The notes: generated by a model from the letters alone, not told the origin. A stretch of DNA of 32,000 nt from Candidatus Baldrarchaeota archaeon (GCA_019056805.1 DXJG01000009.1:207454-239453), one strand, 5' to 3'. Shown: positions 17,774-30,887, counted from the stretch's first letter. Translations and numbers: made by a program.

Positions 17774-19417
17774 ATGGCGTACCTATCCGGTCAACCGGTT
17801 CTAATACTGAAAGAAGGCACTCAAAGAACTGTTGGTAGAGATGCTATGAGAACAAACATAATGGCAGCAAGAGTAATCGCAGAAGCAATAAGAACAGCCC
17901 TAGGACCGAAAGGAATGGATAAAATGCTAGTAGACAGCTTTGGAGACGTTACAATAACAAACGACGGAGCAACAATACTAAAAGAAATTGATGTACAACA
18001 TCCAGCTGCAAAAATGATGGTCGAAGTAGCAAAAGCACAAGATGATGAGGTTGGTGATGGAACCACAACAGCAGTAGTGATCGCAGGAGAACTACTCAAA
18101 AAAGCAGAAGAACTACTAGACCAAAACATACACCCAACAATAATAGTAGAAGGATACCGCAAAGCCGCCGAACAAGCCCTAAAGATAATTGACGAAATAT
18201 CCCAAGAAACAAGCATAGACGATGAGGACATGCTAAAAAAGGCAGCAATGACCGCTATGCACAGCAAAGTTGTCGCAGGATCAAGAGACTACCTTTCAGA
18301 TCTAGTAGTGAAAGCAGTTAAAAGTGTTGCAGAACAAATCGATGGCAAGTGGAAAGCAGACATCGACGATATTAAAGTAGAAAAGAAACAGGGAGGAAGC
18401 CTAGAAGACACCAAACTAATCAACGGAATAGTTCTCGACAAAGAAGTTGTTCACCCAGGTATGCCAAAACGTGTAACAAATGCAAAAATCGCACTAATAG
18501 ACGCTCCACTAGAAATCGAAAAAACAGAATTCGACGCTAAGATCCACATCAACAGTCCAGAGCAAATGAAAGCATTCCTCGATGAAGAACAGCGCATGCT
18601 TAAAGAAATGGTTGAAAAAATCAAAGAAACCGGCGCCAACGTAGTCCTATGCCAAAAAGGCATTGATGATGTTGCCCAGCACTTCTTAGCTAAAACGGGA
18701 ATACTAGCAGTTAGAAGAGTGAAAAAGAGCGACATGGAAAAACTAGCAAAAGCAACAGGAGGAAAAATAGTCACAAGCATCGACGACCTAACACCAGAAC
18801 ACCTAGGAGAAGCAGAAATCGTAGAGGAAAGAAAAGTAGCCGATGACAAAATGGTATTCGTCGAAGGATGCAAGAACCCCAAAGCAGTTAGCATACTAAT
18901 ACGCGGCGGAACAGAACACATTGTAGATGAAGCAGAAAGAGCATTACACGACGCACTCTGCGTAGTCAGAAACATCATAGAAGAACCAAAAGTCGTACCT
19001 GGCGGAGGAGCACCAGAAATAGAAATAGCACGAAGACTAAAAGAATACGCAGAAACACTAGGTGGAAGAGAACAACTTGCAGTAAAAGCTTTCGCAGAAG
19101 CACTTGAAGTTATTCCAAGAACACTAGCAGAAAATGGAGGTCTTGACCCAATCGACATCCTAGTGGAACTAAGAGCTAGACACGAAAAAGGCGAATGGTG
19201 GGCAGGTATAAATCTTGTGAGCGGCAAAGTAGACGATATGCGTAACCTTGACATATGGGAACCAGCAAGTGTAAAGAAGCAAGCCATTAAATCAGCAAGT
19301 GAAGCAGCTCAAATGATCCTAAGAATCGATGATGTCATCGCCGCATCAGAGCTAGAAAAAGAGAAAGGAAAAGGCAAAGAGGAAGAAAAAGAAGAAGAAA
19401 GCAGCACCGAATTCTAA
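17774..19417 (+). CDS. ths: Thermosome (group II chaperonin) subunit, beta-like with charged C-terminus
   Basis: [30 protein letters not shown] and PGGGAPE motifs. Confidence 0.97.
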   Translation: MAYLSGQPVLILKEGTQRTVGRDAMRTNIMAARVIAEAIRTALGPKGMDKMLVDSFGDVTITNDGATILKEIDVQHPAAKMMVEVAKAQDDEVGDGTTTAVVIAGELLKKAEELLDQNIHPTIIVEGYRKAAEQALKIIDEISQETSIDDEDMLKKAAMTAMHSKVVAGSRDYLSDLVVKAVKSVAEQIDGKWKADIDDIKVEKKQGGSLEDTKLINGIVLDKEVVHPGMPKRVTNAKIALIDAPLEIEKTEFDAKIHINSPEQMKAFLDEEQRMLKEMVEKIKETGANVVLCQKGIDDVAQHFLAKTGILAVRRVKKSDMEKLAKATGGKIVTSIDDLTPEHLGEAEIVEERKVADDKMVFVEGCKNPKAVSILIRGGTEHIVDEAERALHDALCVVRNIIEEPKVVPGGGAPEIEIARRLKEYAETLGGREQLAVKAFAEALEVIPRTLAENGGLDPIDILVELRARHEKGEWWAGINLVSGKVDDMRNLDIWEPASVKKQAIKSASEAAQMILRIDDVIAASELEKEKGKGKEEEKEEESSTEF

Positions 19418-19577
19418 ACAGCCCATTTTATCCACACATAACATAACTTGAAACCTTACCTACATTAAATTCAATTTTATTTTACACTTTGATCAAACCA
19501 CTCCTCCTAACCGATTAGTTTTTATAACCTATCAATCGAAATGTAGCCCTACTAATAACCTAGTTTCTCCCCGCCAA

Positions 19578-19910
19578 GTGGGGGTGGCGAAGTTAAGTAA
19601 TTCTATAAGTAGTTTTAGTAAGATTGCAAGATCACCGTCTGAAATCCGTATCGGACCTAAAAGACTTACAAGATTTGAAAAAGCTAGAATAATAGGTGCA
19701 CGAGCACTTCAAATATCCATGGGGGCACCAGTTCTAATAGAAATCCCCGGAAATATTTCAGATCCAATTAAAATAGCAGAAATAGAACTCAAATCCGGTA
19801 TATTGCCCATAATTATAAGGAGAAAAACAGTTTCCGGGGAATACCAAGACATTCTTTTAAAAACATTACTAGAAGCCGAAAAAGAGGAATTTGGTCAAAA
19901 TTTAACTTAA
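19578..19910 (+). CDS. rpo6: DNA-directed RNA polymerase subunit Rpo6 (K)
   Basis: [22 protein letters not shown] and [13 protein letters not shown] motifs. Exact start uncertain. Confidence 0.93.
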   Translation: MGVAKLSNSISSFSKIARSPSEIRIGPKRLTRFEKARIIGARALQISMGAPVLIEIPGNISDPIKIAEIELKSGILPIIIRRKTVSGEYQDILLKTLLEAEKEEFGQNLT

Positions 19911-20165
19911 CTATTTTTCTTATCAGGTATTAATAAATAACATAAAACACACATTTTCGTTCGCATAATCATTTAACATCTTAATTTTTCTAAATAACAA
20001 AAAATTCACCTCAAAACAAAAATAACACGGAAAATATATTGTTGAAGCAATTAAACTACAAACAGAAAAAAAATAACACTTATTTCAAATCCTTTAAATA
20101 CATAATTTTACTAATTCTAAAATAATCAATCACACTCAAATTCACTAACAGGTGAGATTATCAAA

Positions 20166-21017
20166 ATGCAAGTCTATAAAATAAGCGAAGATGGAGAACT
20201 CATAAGTATACCTCTCAAAAGTGTTGAATTACGAAGTGACGAAGTATTTGTTTTCGTTGAGGATAAAAAAAAGAACATCTTCATTTGGAAAGGAACAGAA
20301 GCATCCGTAAGAAAAAAATTCATCAGCGCAAGGTCAGCATGGAAACTTAGAGGCGAACTAGGCCCACTATACAAAGTAATAAGTGTAGATGAAGGAGAAG
20401 AACCTAAAGACTTTCGCGAAATAATAGAAAGTCTAAAAATCCCATTAAAAGCCGCTCCGCCTGCACCCAAAGAAAAAATAGAAAAGCCAAAAGTACCCGA
20501 ACTCCCACCACCTAAACCTACCCCTCCACCAAAACCCACTAGAAAACCCGTAATATCAAAACCTCCAAAAATAGAAAAGCCAGAAATCTCTGCTCCACCA
20601 CCTCCACCGAAACCAGTAAAAGTCGAAAAAGTACCTGAAGTTAAACCTACCGTTCCAGTTGTAGAGAAAGTTGAATTTAAAGACATTTTACATGTGCTTG
20701 AAAAACTTGACACACCACCAGAGTATGCAAGAGAACTTTTAATCATAGGAACAAGAGTATATGCTATAGCAGAGGTAAGAACAAAACTTTTTGGTAAAGA
20801 AAAAGTCAAGTTAAGCATTGAACTACTTGATTCACTTCCGGAAGGACCATATTTGGCTGAAGGATATATTCCACGAGTAATAATTAAAGATGATCAAGTT
20901 TTAGCTATTGAACTTCTGAAAAAAACTAGAGCAACCATTGAAGAAATTAAAAAGGAAATTAAAAAAGGATTAGAAAGTTACTCTTCTCTGATTAAAAAAC
21001 TTGAAAAGGAGGAATAA
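20166..21017 (+). CDS. Single gelsolin-like domain + proline-rich linker + uncharacterised C-terminal domain
   Basis: IFIWKGTEASVRKKFISARSA...VDEGEEPKDF matches the gelsolin-repeat pattern (YxWxG..S...E.E...F). Linker includes LPPPKP, PPPKP and APPPPPKP. Confidence 0.75.
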   Translation: MQVYKISEDGELISIPLKSVELRSDEVFVFVEDKKKNIFIWKGTEASVRKKFISARSAWKLRGELGPLYKVISVDEGEEPKDFREIIESLKIPLKAAPPAPKEKIEKPKVPELPPPKPTPPPKPTRKPVISKPPKIEKPEISAPPPPPKPVKVEKVPEVKPTVPVVEKVEFKDILHVLEKLDTPPEYARELLIIGTRVYAIAEVRTKLFGKEKVKLSIELLDSLPEGPYLAEGYIPRVIIKDDQVLAIELLKKTRATIEEIKKEIKKGLESYSSLIKKLEKEE

Positions 21018-21019
21018 TT

Positions 21020-21385
21020 TTGACTAATGAGGAAGAACTTAAACAAATAATTAGTAAAATTCCAGAATATGCTGAATTTGAAGCACTCGCGGTAGTAACG
21101 AAGGAGGGGGCAAGACAAGCATTTTGGTCAAAAAGTGATGTAGACCCAGATCTCTTATCAGCAATGGCTGCAACCATATTACAAACAAGCAACAAAGCAG
21201 CAAAGAAAATGGGATTTGGCTCTCTATTTGAAGTTATTGTGAGAGGAGAAAATGGCTACATGGTTCTTTCAGATGCAGGGCCTTTCGTACTAATTGGAGC
21301 TGGAAGAGAAGTGACAAGCTTAGGTCTTTCCATAAGGGTTCTAAGAGAATTTGCAAGGAAAATATCAGAAAAATTTTCTGAATAA
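21020..21385 (+). CDS. Roadblock/LC7 domain protein
   Basis: AVVTKEG...DPDLLSAMAATILQTSNKAAKKMGFG..EVIVRGENGYMV. TTG start 2 nt after the gelsolin-gene stop, with GGAGG SD. Confidence 0.85.
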   Translation: MTNEEELKQIISKIPEYAEFEALAVVTKEGARQAFWSKSDVDPDLLSAMAATILQTSNKAAKKMGFGSLFEVIVRGENGYMVLSDAGPFVLIGAGREVTSLGLSIRVLREFARKISEKFSE

Positions 21386-21402
21386 ACTAACACCTTTAAA
21401 TT

Positions 21403-22695
21403 TTAAAACGTATCTAATCTTGTAAAAACTACAGGAACCACAAGTTCATTTAAGAGAAGCGAGCCATGACTCCCTCTAAATTCTATTTCTAAAACTTTTT
21501 CTTCCTTTTCTCTCTCAACAAAGGATTCTGCTCCTTTACCATAAACTACCAGTAGGTCGCCAATTCTTTCTTTTACCTTACCAAAATCACTAATTTCAGG
21601 GAATAATTCTTTGGCAACATCTTTAAACTCTAAAACAACCCCTTTATCGCCTATTTTTTCTTCCAACCACACTTTTAAGTCATCCATATGTTCCTTAATT
21701 GGGTAAAAGTGAAGTACTCTACCACTTTTTCCTGGTTTTATTCTTAACCATTGCTTAACCGAAGCTATATCTTCTTCACTAAACTTAACTATATTTTCTT
21801 CTTTTAATTCAACCTGGCCATGATCAGAACATATTAAAATTACTGTCTCTTCTTTCATTCTCTTATCTAACTTGTTTACAAAGTGTTCTAAGGATTTTTC
21901 TAAAAAATGAAGCCCTAAAATGTATTCCTCACTATTAGGCCCGTATTTATGTGAAAGATCGTCCAGTAAGCCAATGTATACATCCATAAAGACCTTCTTT
22001 TCTTCCTTTTCTTTTAAACCTCTTCTAGCTAACGAAAAAAGATCTATAAGATTACCGTATCCAACAGCAACCCTTCTATCTTCAGTAATCATCCGGGAAA
22101 GACCACTATAAGCTATATGTTTATCTCTAAGAGAAATATGAACAAAATCTCCTTCCACTAAATCAAATATACCTTCAGACCACAAAAATCCCTTAACATC
22201 CACACCAACTTTACAGAGAGCATCTTGTTCGCGGAAATCTATTGTAGACATTCCTAACATATCGACAATGTTCCCTATTTCACGAACATGTATCTTATGA
22301 CCCAAAATACCATGTTTCTCCGGTGGCAAACCCGTATATAGAGATGTCAAAACGGTTGAAGTAATAGTAGGAAAAACAGATGACAAAAGAAAACCTTTCC
22401 CTTCGTTCAAAAATCTTGAAATTAAAGTAGAATGTTTAATTTGTTCAAAACCGAGAGAATCCACTATGAACAAAATCACCTTACTCACATCAAAGCAACC
22501 ACTTTCCTCAAAAAGTTTCTTAAACTTAGAACTCTCAGCTAAAGAAGAATTATTCTTATATCTTAAACCCAAGAATTCTAAAAGAGTAGGAACTATCTTA
22601 AATACATTCCGCTCATAGTTTGGCCTGAAGAAATACTCGCTAAACGAAGTTTTTCGTACAAAAGATTTAACATCTTCCACATTACAATCCTCCAT
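21403..22695 (-). CDS. Alkaline-phosphatase-superfamily nucleotide pyrophosphatase/phosphodiesterase
   Basis: IVDSLG, SVFPTIT (Thr nucleophile), KHGILG, DDLSH, SDHG and GSHG motifs. Confidence 0.88.
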   Translation of the reverse strand: MEDCNVEDVKSFVRKTSFSEYFFRPNYERNVFKIVPTLLEFLGLRYKNNSSLAESSKFKKLFEESGCFDVSKVILFIVDSLGFEQIKHSTLISRFLNEGKGFLLSSVFPTITSTVLTSLYTGLPPEKHGILGHKIHVREIGNIVDMLGMSTIDFREQDALCKVGVDVKGFLWSEGIFDLVEGDFVHISLRDKHIAYSGLSRMITEDRRVAVGYGNLIDLFSLARRGLKEKEEKKVFMDVYIGLLDDLSHKYGPNSEEYILGLHFLEKSLEHFVNKLDKRMKEETVILICSDHGQVELKEENIVKFSEEDIASVKQWLRIKPGKSGRVLHFYPIKEHMDDLKVWLEEKIGDKGVVLEFKDVAKELFPEISDFGKVKERIGDLLVVYGKGAESFVEREKEEKVLEIEFRGSHGSLLLNELVVPVVFTRLDTF

Positions 22696-22766
22696 CTCAG
22701 TTCAAATACAAACTCTCAACTTATAAGTTATTCAGAATATACTGCAATACATGAAGTTTACCCAGT

Positions 22767-23564
22767 GTGGAGGTAAAATGCTTGTGGCCTAAAGGAAAAA
22801 TAGCAACTCTAATACTAACATTTGACTTTGACGCAGAAAGTGCAGAATACAGAAAATACCCGGACAAACCTGTAAAACTAAGTAAAGGGATATACGGGGC
22901 AAAAAGAGGAATTCCAAGAATACTAAACCTTTTAGATAAACATCAAATAAAAGCAACATTTTTCGTATGCGGCTGGGTAGCTGAAAAATACCCCGAATTA
23001 ATAAAAGAAATCATAAAAAGAGGACATGAAATAGCAGCACACGGATATCTACACGAAAACCTAAGCGAATTGAGTTATCAAGAAGAAGAAAAAGTTTTCC
23101 AAAAAATGATCGAAGTGATAGAAAAAGTCTGCAAAACAAAACCAAAAGGGTTTAGAGCACCATATTGGGAATTCAGTAAGAACACTCTAAACTTTCTAGG
23201 AAAATACGAGTTCATGTATGACAGCAGCTTCATGGACGACGATATGCCCTATGTAATTGAATTAGAAGGAAATAAGAAAATTGTTGAACTACCGGTAGAA
23301 TGGGTTTTAGACGACTGGCCTCTTTTCGAAATTCACCGCAAAACACCAGCACAAGTATATGAAACTTGGATAAGCGAAATAGATGCAGCCTACGAAGAGG
23401 GAGTATTAACAGTATTAACCATGCATCCTCAATGCATAGGAAGACCCAGCAGAATAAGACTTTTAGACGATCTAATAGTTTACGCAAAAAGATACAAAAA
23501 ACTCTGGATAACAAGGGCATTAGACGTTGCAAAATGGGCACTTTCAAACTTTTCCAAATTATAA
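22767..23564 (+). CDS. Polysaccharide deacetylase (CE4/PuuE-like)
   Basis: LTFDFD, ATFF, HEIAAHGYLH, GFRAP, YDSS and MHP motifs. The true start may be TTG 22782, after the GGAGGT SD. Confidence 0.88.
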   Translation: MEVKCLWPKGKIATLILTFDFDAESAEYRKYPDKPVKLSKGIYGAKRGIPRILNLLDKHQIKATFFVCGWVAEKYPELIKEIIKRGHEIAAHGYLHENLSELSYQEEEKVFQKMIEVIEKVCKTKPKGFRAPYWEFSKNTLNFLGKYEFMYDSSFMDDDMPYVIELEGNKKIVELPVEWVLDDWPLFEIHRKTPAQVYETWISEIDAAYEEGVLTVLTMHPQCIGRPSRIRLLDDLIVYAKRYKKLWITRALDVAKWALSNFSKL

Positions 23565-23621
23565 CAAAGTTTATTCAAGGTAAGAAGTCTCAAAATATGG
23601 TGCACATATGGGGGAACAACA

Positions 23622-24479
23622 TTGCCATATTGTCAATATTGCGGAAAAGAAATTTATCTTCCCTTTAGATGCAAATATTGTGGAGGAATTTTCTGTTCAG
23701 AACATAGACTCCCCGAAAACCATGAATGTCCCGAGTTCAAAAAAGGTGAATTGTCAAAACATTTTACATTTGAGGAACAACCTTCAGAAGACATAGAAAC
23801 TGAGGAAGTTTATGAAATACCCGTCAAGCCACGAAGAACACTTGAACCATGGCATCCCAAGTTTGAAATACCAAGGAAACCAAGACACGTATTTACAAAA
23901 ACAGAAATAATACATCTCACCATAGGGACACTACTTGTAGTTCTGGTAGGTCTCTCATACTTTTTCAGAACACCAAACATTCTTGCAAAATATCCCCTTT
24001 TAACACTCGCTTTCACACTAATATTTATTCTAATATTTTTACCACACGAATTAGCACACAAATTTACTGCTCAACGTTATGGACTCTTGGCGGAATTTCG
24101 TCTACTAGAATGGGGGGCAATAATAACCCTAATTTCCATATTTTCGCCATTTAAGCTTATAGCTCCGGGAGCAGTAATAATAAGTGGAAGCCACGATTAC
24201 GAAACATTGGGAAAAGTAGCCCTAGCTGGCCCTCTAACAAACCTAGCCATCGCAATAGCTTTATTAGCTACATACCTTCTACTCCCCATCACAGGAGTTT
24301 TCAAAGTCTTTTTAGTTATCGGTTTTGAACTAAACGTTATCTTAGGCCTATTCAATATGTTACCTATGCCTCCCCTAGATGGAAGTAAAATTATAAGATG
24401 GAAAACTCGCCTTTGGGTACTAGTATTTTCACTTTTCATTGGATTTCTAATAATGGACATACTTTTCCTAACATTTTAA
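23622..24479 (+). CDS. AN1-type zinc finger fused to an M50 (site-2-like) intramembrane protease
   Basis: CQYC...FRCKYCGGIFCSEHRLPENHEC (AN1), PHELAHK, AGP and FNMLPMPPLDG (M50). Confidence 0.88.
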   Translation: MPYCQYCGKEIYLPFRCKYCGGIFCSEHRLPENHECPEFKKGELSKHFTFEEQPSEDIETEEVYEIPVKPRRTLEPWHPKFEIPRKPRHVFTKTEIIHLTIGTLLVVLVGLSYFFRTPNILAKYPLLTLAFTLIFILIFLPHELAHKFTAQRYGLLAEFRLLEWGAIITLISIFSPFKLIAPGAVIISGSHDYETLGKVALAGPLTNLAIAIALLATYLLLPITGVFKVFLVIGFELNVILGLFNMLPMPPLDGSKIIRWKTRLWVLVFSLFIGFLIMDILFLTF

Positions 24480-24515
24480 ACCTACTTTCCATTTTATAAA
24501 AAAGGAGGTATTAGG

Positions 24516-26705
<2,190 letters not shown>

Positions 26706-26719
26706 AAGGTTCTCCCTCC

Positions 26720-26986
26720 CTACTGTTCTAGTAGTTTTTTAACTAGTTCATTTTCAAAGTGTTCTTGGTTTAAGCTAATCGGATGATTTAACTTTAAGGA
26801 TTTTCCTTCTAAAATTATTTTTGCTATATCTCTAATAACAGATAATAACTCTTCTTTATCCTTTAAAACAATGTTATTTATCTCTCCAACATAAATAACA
26901 TCATTTCCACTGCTTATCGACAAATTAGTCCAATTATCAATTTTAGAAATCTGAACTTTTAAACCATTAATCTCTATTTCAGACAT
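26720..26986 (-). CDS. Small hypothetical protein upstream of cdc48
   Basis: 88-aa ORF with GGTGA SD, ending 14 nt before the cdc48 start. Confidence 0.65.
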   Translation of the reverse strand: MSEIEINGLKVQISKIDNWTNLSISSGNDVIYVGEINNIVLKDKEELLSVIRDIAKIILEGKSLKLNHPISLNQEHFENELVKKLLEQ

Positions 26987-27271
26987 ATCATCACCATACT
27001 CTATTAAATATCAAACTTCAAATCAACTTTTCCATTAAACAAAAACTAAAATACATCACACTTTCACATATAATTCAAATCAAGATTTTTTAAATCTTAA
27101 AACCCGCTGCAGCTTCATATTTTTAATGTTTCCCGTGAATGACATAAATAGAAGACTTTATTTATACAAATGATCCTAACATCAATACTTTCTAAAAAAT
27201 ATAAATCCTAAATTTCTTATAGAGTTCGTCGTTCTAACCTCAAATATTAAGACTACAAAAGGTGAGATGTA

Positions 27272-28492
27272 ATGACTAACGAGGGGGAGCACGGAACAAC
27301 AATGTTTGGCAGTGTTCTTTCACAAACACTCCTTGCGCTTTCATTCGATACACTAGATTTAGCAGCAGGATTCATTGCCGCACTAGTATCCTCATATGTT
27401 GTCAAAATGCCTTGGATTCTAATAATATACCCCCCTCTTCTTACAGTACGCGGAAACATAAGTGGAATGTTTTCAGGAAGATTAACTACAGGACTTCACT
27501 CAGGTCTTATAATGCCTAACATTAGAAAAAATACAGAATACTTTTACAGTCTTCGTGCAAGCATTTTCCTCATGAGCTTCATAAATTCAATAATTGTAGG
27601 ATTTCTCACATATGGTATTTCCCTGATATTTGAACCCATTGGCAGTATATCACTTCCACTTTTAATTTCCATAGCAATACTATCCATGATGCTTCCAACA
27701 GTCATTTCAATATTTTTCCTAGCTCCTTCAATTGCTATACTCTCATATAAAAAGGGAATAGACCCAGATATTATCGTATACCCAATATTATCAACCTTAA
27801 ACGACATAATTGTATCCGCAATCTACGTATCAATTATAGCAATGATCATCTTCTGGAAGAACATCTTCATAATGCTCTCCTATATTTTAATTCCTCTCTT
27901 CGCCGTTCTTGCCACATATTTTCTAAAATATCGAACCGATAAAAATTTTAGAAAAACTATTTCCGAAGGAATGATTATCATAATAATTTTACTAATTGTT
28001 AGCAATTTTACCGGAGGAATACTTTCCAAACTAAGATATCAAATAGAACGGTATCCACATATTCTTGCAATTTATCCCTGCCTTCTCAGTATGATAGGAG
28101 ATGAAGGATCAATTATTGCCTCCACAACAACCACAAGGCTAAGCCTTGGAAACATAAAACCATCCCTAAGAGATATAGGAAATTACGAGAGCAGAATGCA
28201 CATTTTTGGAGTATTGCTGGCTGGATTTATCGTAGCTACAAGTTTTGCAACAGTAGGAACACTAATCTACATCGTCTCATTAATAGGAATTTTTCAAACA
28301 ATTCTAATCGCATTACTAACAAATCTAATCCTTGTACTCCCGATAATCTTCATATCCTTTGGATCAGCAATTATCACCTTCAAACGTGGATTAAATCCTG
28401 ACAACTTTACCATACCAATAATTACATCCTCATCAGACTTCTTAACCACAACAAGTCTTTTCATAGTCATTAGCGTACTCATGAGCCTTTAA
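27272..28492 (+). CDS. MgtE/SLC41-like divalent cation transporter (duplicated membrane domain)
   Basis: Two repeats (RGNISG...GIDPDII...D and GDEGS...GLNPDNF...D), many TM helices. Confidence 0.85.
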   Translation: MTNEGEHGTTMFGSVLSQTLLALSFDTLDLAAGFIAALVSSYVVKMPWILIIYPPLLTVRGNISGMFSGRLTTGLHSGLIMPNIRKNTEYFYSLRASIFLMSFINSIIVGFLTYGISLIFEPIGSISLPLLISIAILSMMLPTVISIFFLAPSIAILSYKKGIDPDIIVYPILSTLNDIIVSAIYVSIIAMIIFWKNIFIMLSYILIPLFAVLATYFLKYRTDKNFRKTISEGMIIIIILLIVSNFTGGILSKLRYQIERYPHILAIYPCLLSMIGDEGSIIASTTTTRLSLGNIKPSLRDIGNYESRMHIFGVLLAGFIVATSFATVGTLIYIVSLIGIFQTILIALLTNLILVLPIIFISFGSAIITFKRGLNPDNFTIPIITSSSDFLTTTSLFIVISVLMSL

Positions 28493-28622
28493 CTTTACCA
28501 ACAAATCCCACGAAAAACAAAGATAATTTAACATTCCAAAAAAGAAAAATATTAGCAACATAGTATATGAGAGTAGTTGCCTCTAAACTAAATTACCATT
28601 TAATTAAAAATTTAGATTTGAG

Positions 28623-29540
28623 TTGATCTCAGTGACGAGGTTTGTTGATGAAAAAGATATAGCAATCTTAAGAGTAATAGATGGATTAAGAACAGCTTTT
28701 GAATGGGTACCAATAGAAAAAATCATAGAAAAACTTCCATACAAAGAATTCGAAGTTAAAAGAAGAATAAAAGAACTAGAAAAAATGAATCTTACAAGAT
28801 ATCGCTATGTTAGCCATTACAATTCCTTTGCAGCCATGCTTACCGAAAAGGGCTTTGACACACTTGCTCTATGGGACTTCAAAAAACACAATGTAATAGA
28901 AAAAGTAGGTGCAGAAGTTGGTGTAGGAAAAGAATCCATCATAGTTGGGTGCATAAGTCCTAAAGGAGAATGGGTAGTAGTAAAATTTCACAGGTATTGG
29001 GCAAAAGAATTCCGCAACATAAGAAAATCACTAGCTTACGCGTCCATAGTAGTTAGAGGCAAAGAACTTAATCTAGAAGATAGCCGCATCGATATACCGA
29101 GAGCAAAAGCACAAGTAGAAATGAACGCATTAGAAAAACTGCATAAGATAGGAATAAATGTCCCAGAACCACTAGGAATTAATAGACACGCAATAGCAAT
29201 GAAAATGCTAACTAGAAACGGAGGAATACCCGCACCACAACTAGTAAGGGTAAAACTAACAGATCCAATAACGATGTATGAAACAGTTATCGAAGACTAC
29301 ATAAAAATGGCAAAAGAGGGAGATGTTATCCACGGTGACTTCAACGAGTATAATATTATCATAACCGAAGACGAAACTCCATATTACATAGATTTCCCAC
29401 AATCAGTTCCCAAAAGCTATCCAGAAGCAAAATTCCTAATTCGACGAGATTTAAACAAAGTATCACACTACTTTCAAATAAAATATAGACTAAAAACAAA
29501 GGATACAGAAAAAATGTTAGAAAATATAATGAAAGAATAA
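28623..29540 (+). CDS. rio2: RIO2-type atypical kinase/ATPase
   Basis: N-terminal wHTH, GVGKES, VVKFHR, IHGDFNEYNII and YIDFPQ motifs. Confidence 0.9.
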   Translation: MISVTRFVDEKDIAILRVIDGLRTAFEWVPIEKIIEKLPYKEFEVKRRIKELEKMNLTRYRYVSHYNSFAAMLTEKGFDTLALWDFKKHNVIEKVGAEVGVGKESIIVGCISPKGEWVVVKFHRYWAKEFRNIRKSLAYASIVVRGKELNLEDSRIDIPRAKAQVEMNALEKLHKIGINVPEPLGINRHAIAMKMLTRNGGIPAPQLVRVKLTDPITMYETVIEDYIKMAKEGDVIHGDFNEYNIIITEDETPYYIDFPQSVPKSYPEAKFLIRRDLNKVSHYFQIKYRLKTKDTEKMLENIMKE

Positions 29541-29840
29541 ATCCTTAAATCTTCTTAAAAGTTAAAACGGTCTTCAAACATTGAAAACAATAAATTACTC
29601 AAAATAATCATTTCTCACGATCACCAATGCACGGAGAGAGTCAGTACTTTAATATTTATTTCGAAGTCATGTCAAGAATAGAAGCGGAGAAGCCACAAAG
29701 TTATCTTAAAACTTGAACTTTATGATTGATTAGCATAATGCTTAAAAATAGTAAGGTTAATGTAGAAACGCTTAATTTCCTTAACATCAGAGATACCGTG
29801 TTTTATATTCAGTATTCCTGTAATTAAAGGAGGAAACAAA

Positions 29841-30065
29841 ATGGGCAAAGTTAGACCCGCGATCATAAAGAGAACAGCAAGAGAACTACTTGAAAAATTC
29901 CCAAATGAAGTTGCCACAGATTTTGAAGCAAATAAGAAATTAGTTGAAAAATACACAAATATAACCTCAAAAAAAGTTAGAAACAGAGTAGCTGGATATC
30001 TTGTAAGATTAGCAAAACTAAAACAAATGGAAGGAGTTAGAGTAGAAAAAGAAGAAGTAACATAA
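29841..30065 (+). CDS. rps17e: 30S ribosomal protein eS17
   Basis: MGKVRP..IKRTARELLEKF..DFEANK..SKKVRNRVAGY. GGAGG SD. Confidence 0.96.
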   Translation: MGKVRPAIIKRTARELLEKFPNEVATDFEANKKLVEKYTNITSKKVRNRVAGYLVRLAKLKQMEGVRVEKEEVT

Positions 30066-30179
30066 AATTTATAGTGATCACTGTTTTTATTTAACACTAG
30101 AAAATAATATATTTAGTCATATTCAAATTTCAATTTTAGAAGCCATTATTTGCAATCAGTCAAGTTAGAATAGATGGAA

Positions 30180-30237
30180 ATGATGAGGTTACCCCCATTG
30201 ATCCCTTAGGAAATGATGTAAAGCTCTTGCCGACTGA
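30180..30237 (+). ncRNA. Candidate C/D-box guide sRNA
   Basis: C box ATGATGA (30180-30186), 11-nt guide, D' TTGA (30198-30201), C' ATGATGT (30213-30219), 14-nt guide, D box CTGA (30234-30237). Typical archaeal size, and intergenic. Confidence 0.75.
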
Positions 30238-30335
30238 AAATGCTCACTAAATAGTTCCAAAACACCTCATAATGTTTGGTAACATGTTTGTTGAAATTTT
30301 AGTTAACATTCAATAACGTTCCGGAGGTGGGAAAC

Positions 30336-30887
30336 ATGAGTGAGTGGAGGAAAAAAAGGAGAAGAACATGGTTTGACGATATATTTGAAGAAATCAGAGA
30401 AATGTTCGAAGACATAGAAGAAAGGATGTTCAAAGAATTTGAAGAGTTTGAAAAAATAGCACCAAAAATGAAAACACCCTCAGGCATCGAAGTAAGGGGA
30501 CCAATAGTTTGGGGTTGGTCAATGACTATCGGCCCCGATGGAAAACCAATCATTAGAGAATTCGGAAACATTCCAGAGAGAAGAGCGAGGGGAGGACCGC
30601 TAATAAGGGAAACTAGAGAGCCTCTAGTAGATGTCATTGAAGGAGATAAGGAAATAATAATAGTAGCTGAGGTTCCAGGAGTAGAAAAAGAAGAAATAGA
30701 TCTCAATGCCACAGAAACCGAATTAGAAATAAAAGCAGGAGACAAGTACTACAAACGCCTAGAGTTACCTACTGAAGTCATACCAGATAAAGCAAAGGCA
30801 ACATACAAAAACGGAGTGTTAGAGATCCGATTACCTCGTAAAAAAGAGAAAGAAAAACCAAAAGGAAAGAAAATAGAAGTAGAATAA
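30336..30887 (+). CDS. hsp20: Small heat shock protein (Hsp20)
   Basis: GPIVWGWSMTIGPDGKP, EPLVDV, AEVPGV, YKNGVLEI and terminal IEVE (IXI-type) motifs. GGAGGTG SD. Confidence 0.95.
   Translation: MSEWRKKRRRTWFDDIFEEIREMFEDIEERMFKEFEEFEKIAPKMKTPSGIEVRGPIVWGWSMTIGPDGKPIIREFGNIPERRARGGPLIRETREPLVDVIEGDKEIIIVAEVPGVEKEEIDLNATETELEIKAGDKYYKRLELPTEVIPDKAKATYKNGVLEIRLPRKKEKEKPKGKKIEVE

Noticed and set aside
22778-22792. Out-of-frame mini-ORF (MLVA*) after the GGAGGT SD of the deacetylase gene
   Set aside because: The in-frame TTG at 22782 is equally well spaced from the SD. There is no evidence for regulation.
28990-29115. Longer-than-usual flexible loop in Rio2 as an in-frame intron
   Set aside because: No hairpin or BHB is visible, and this loop is variable in length across Rio2 proteins.
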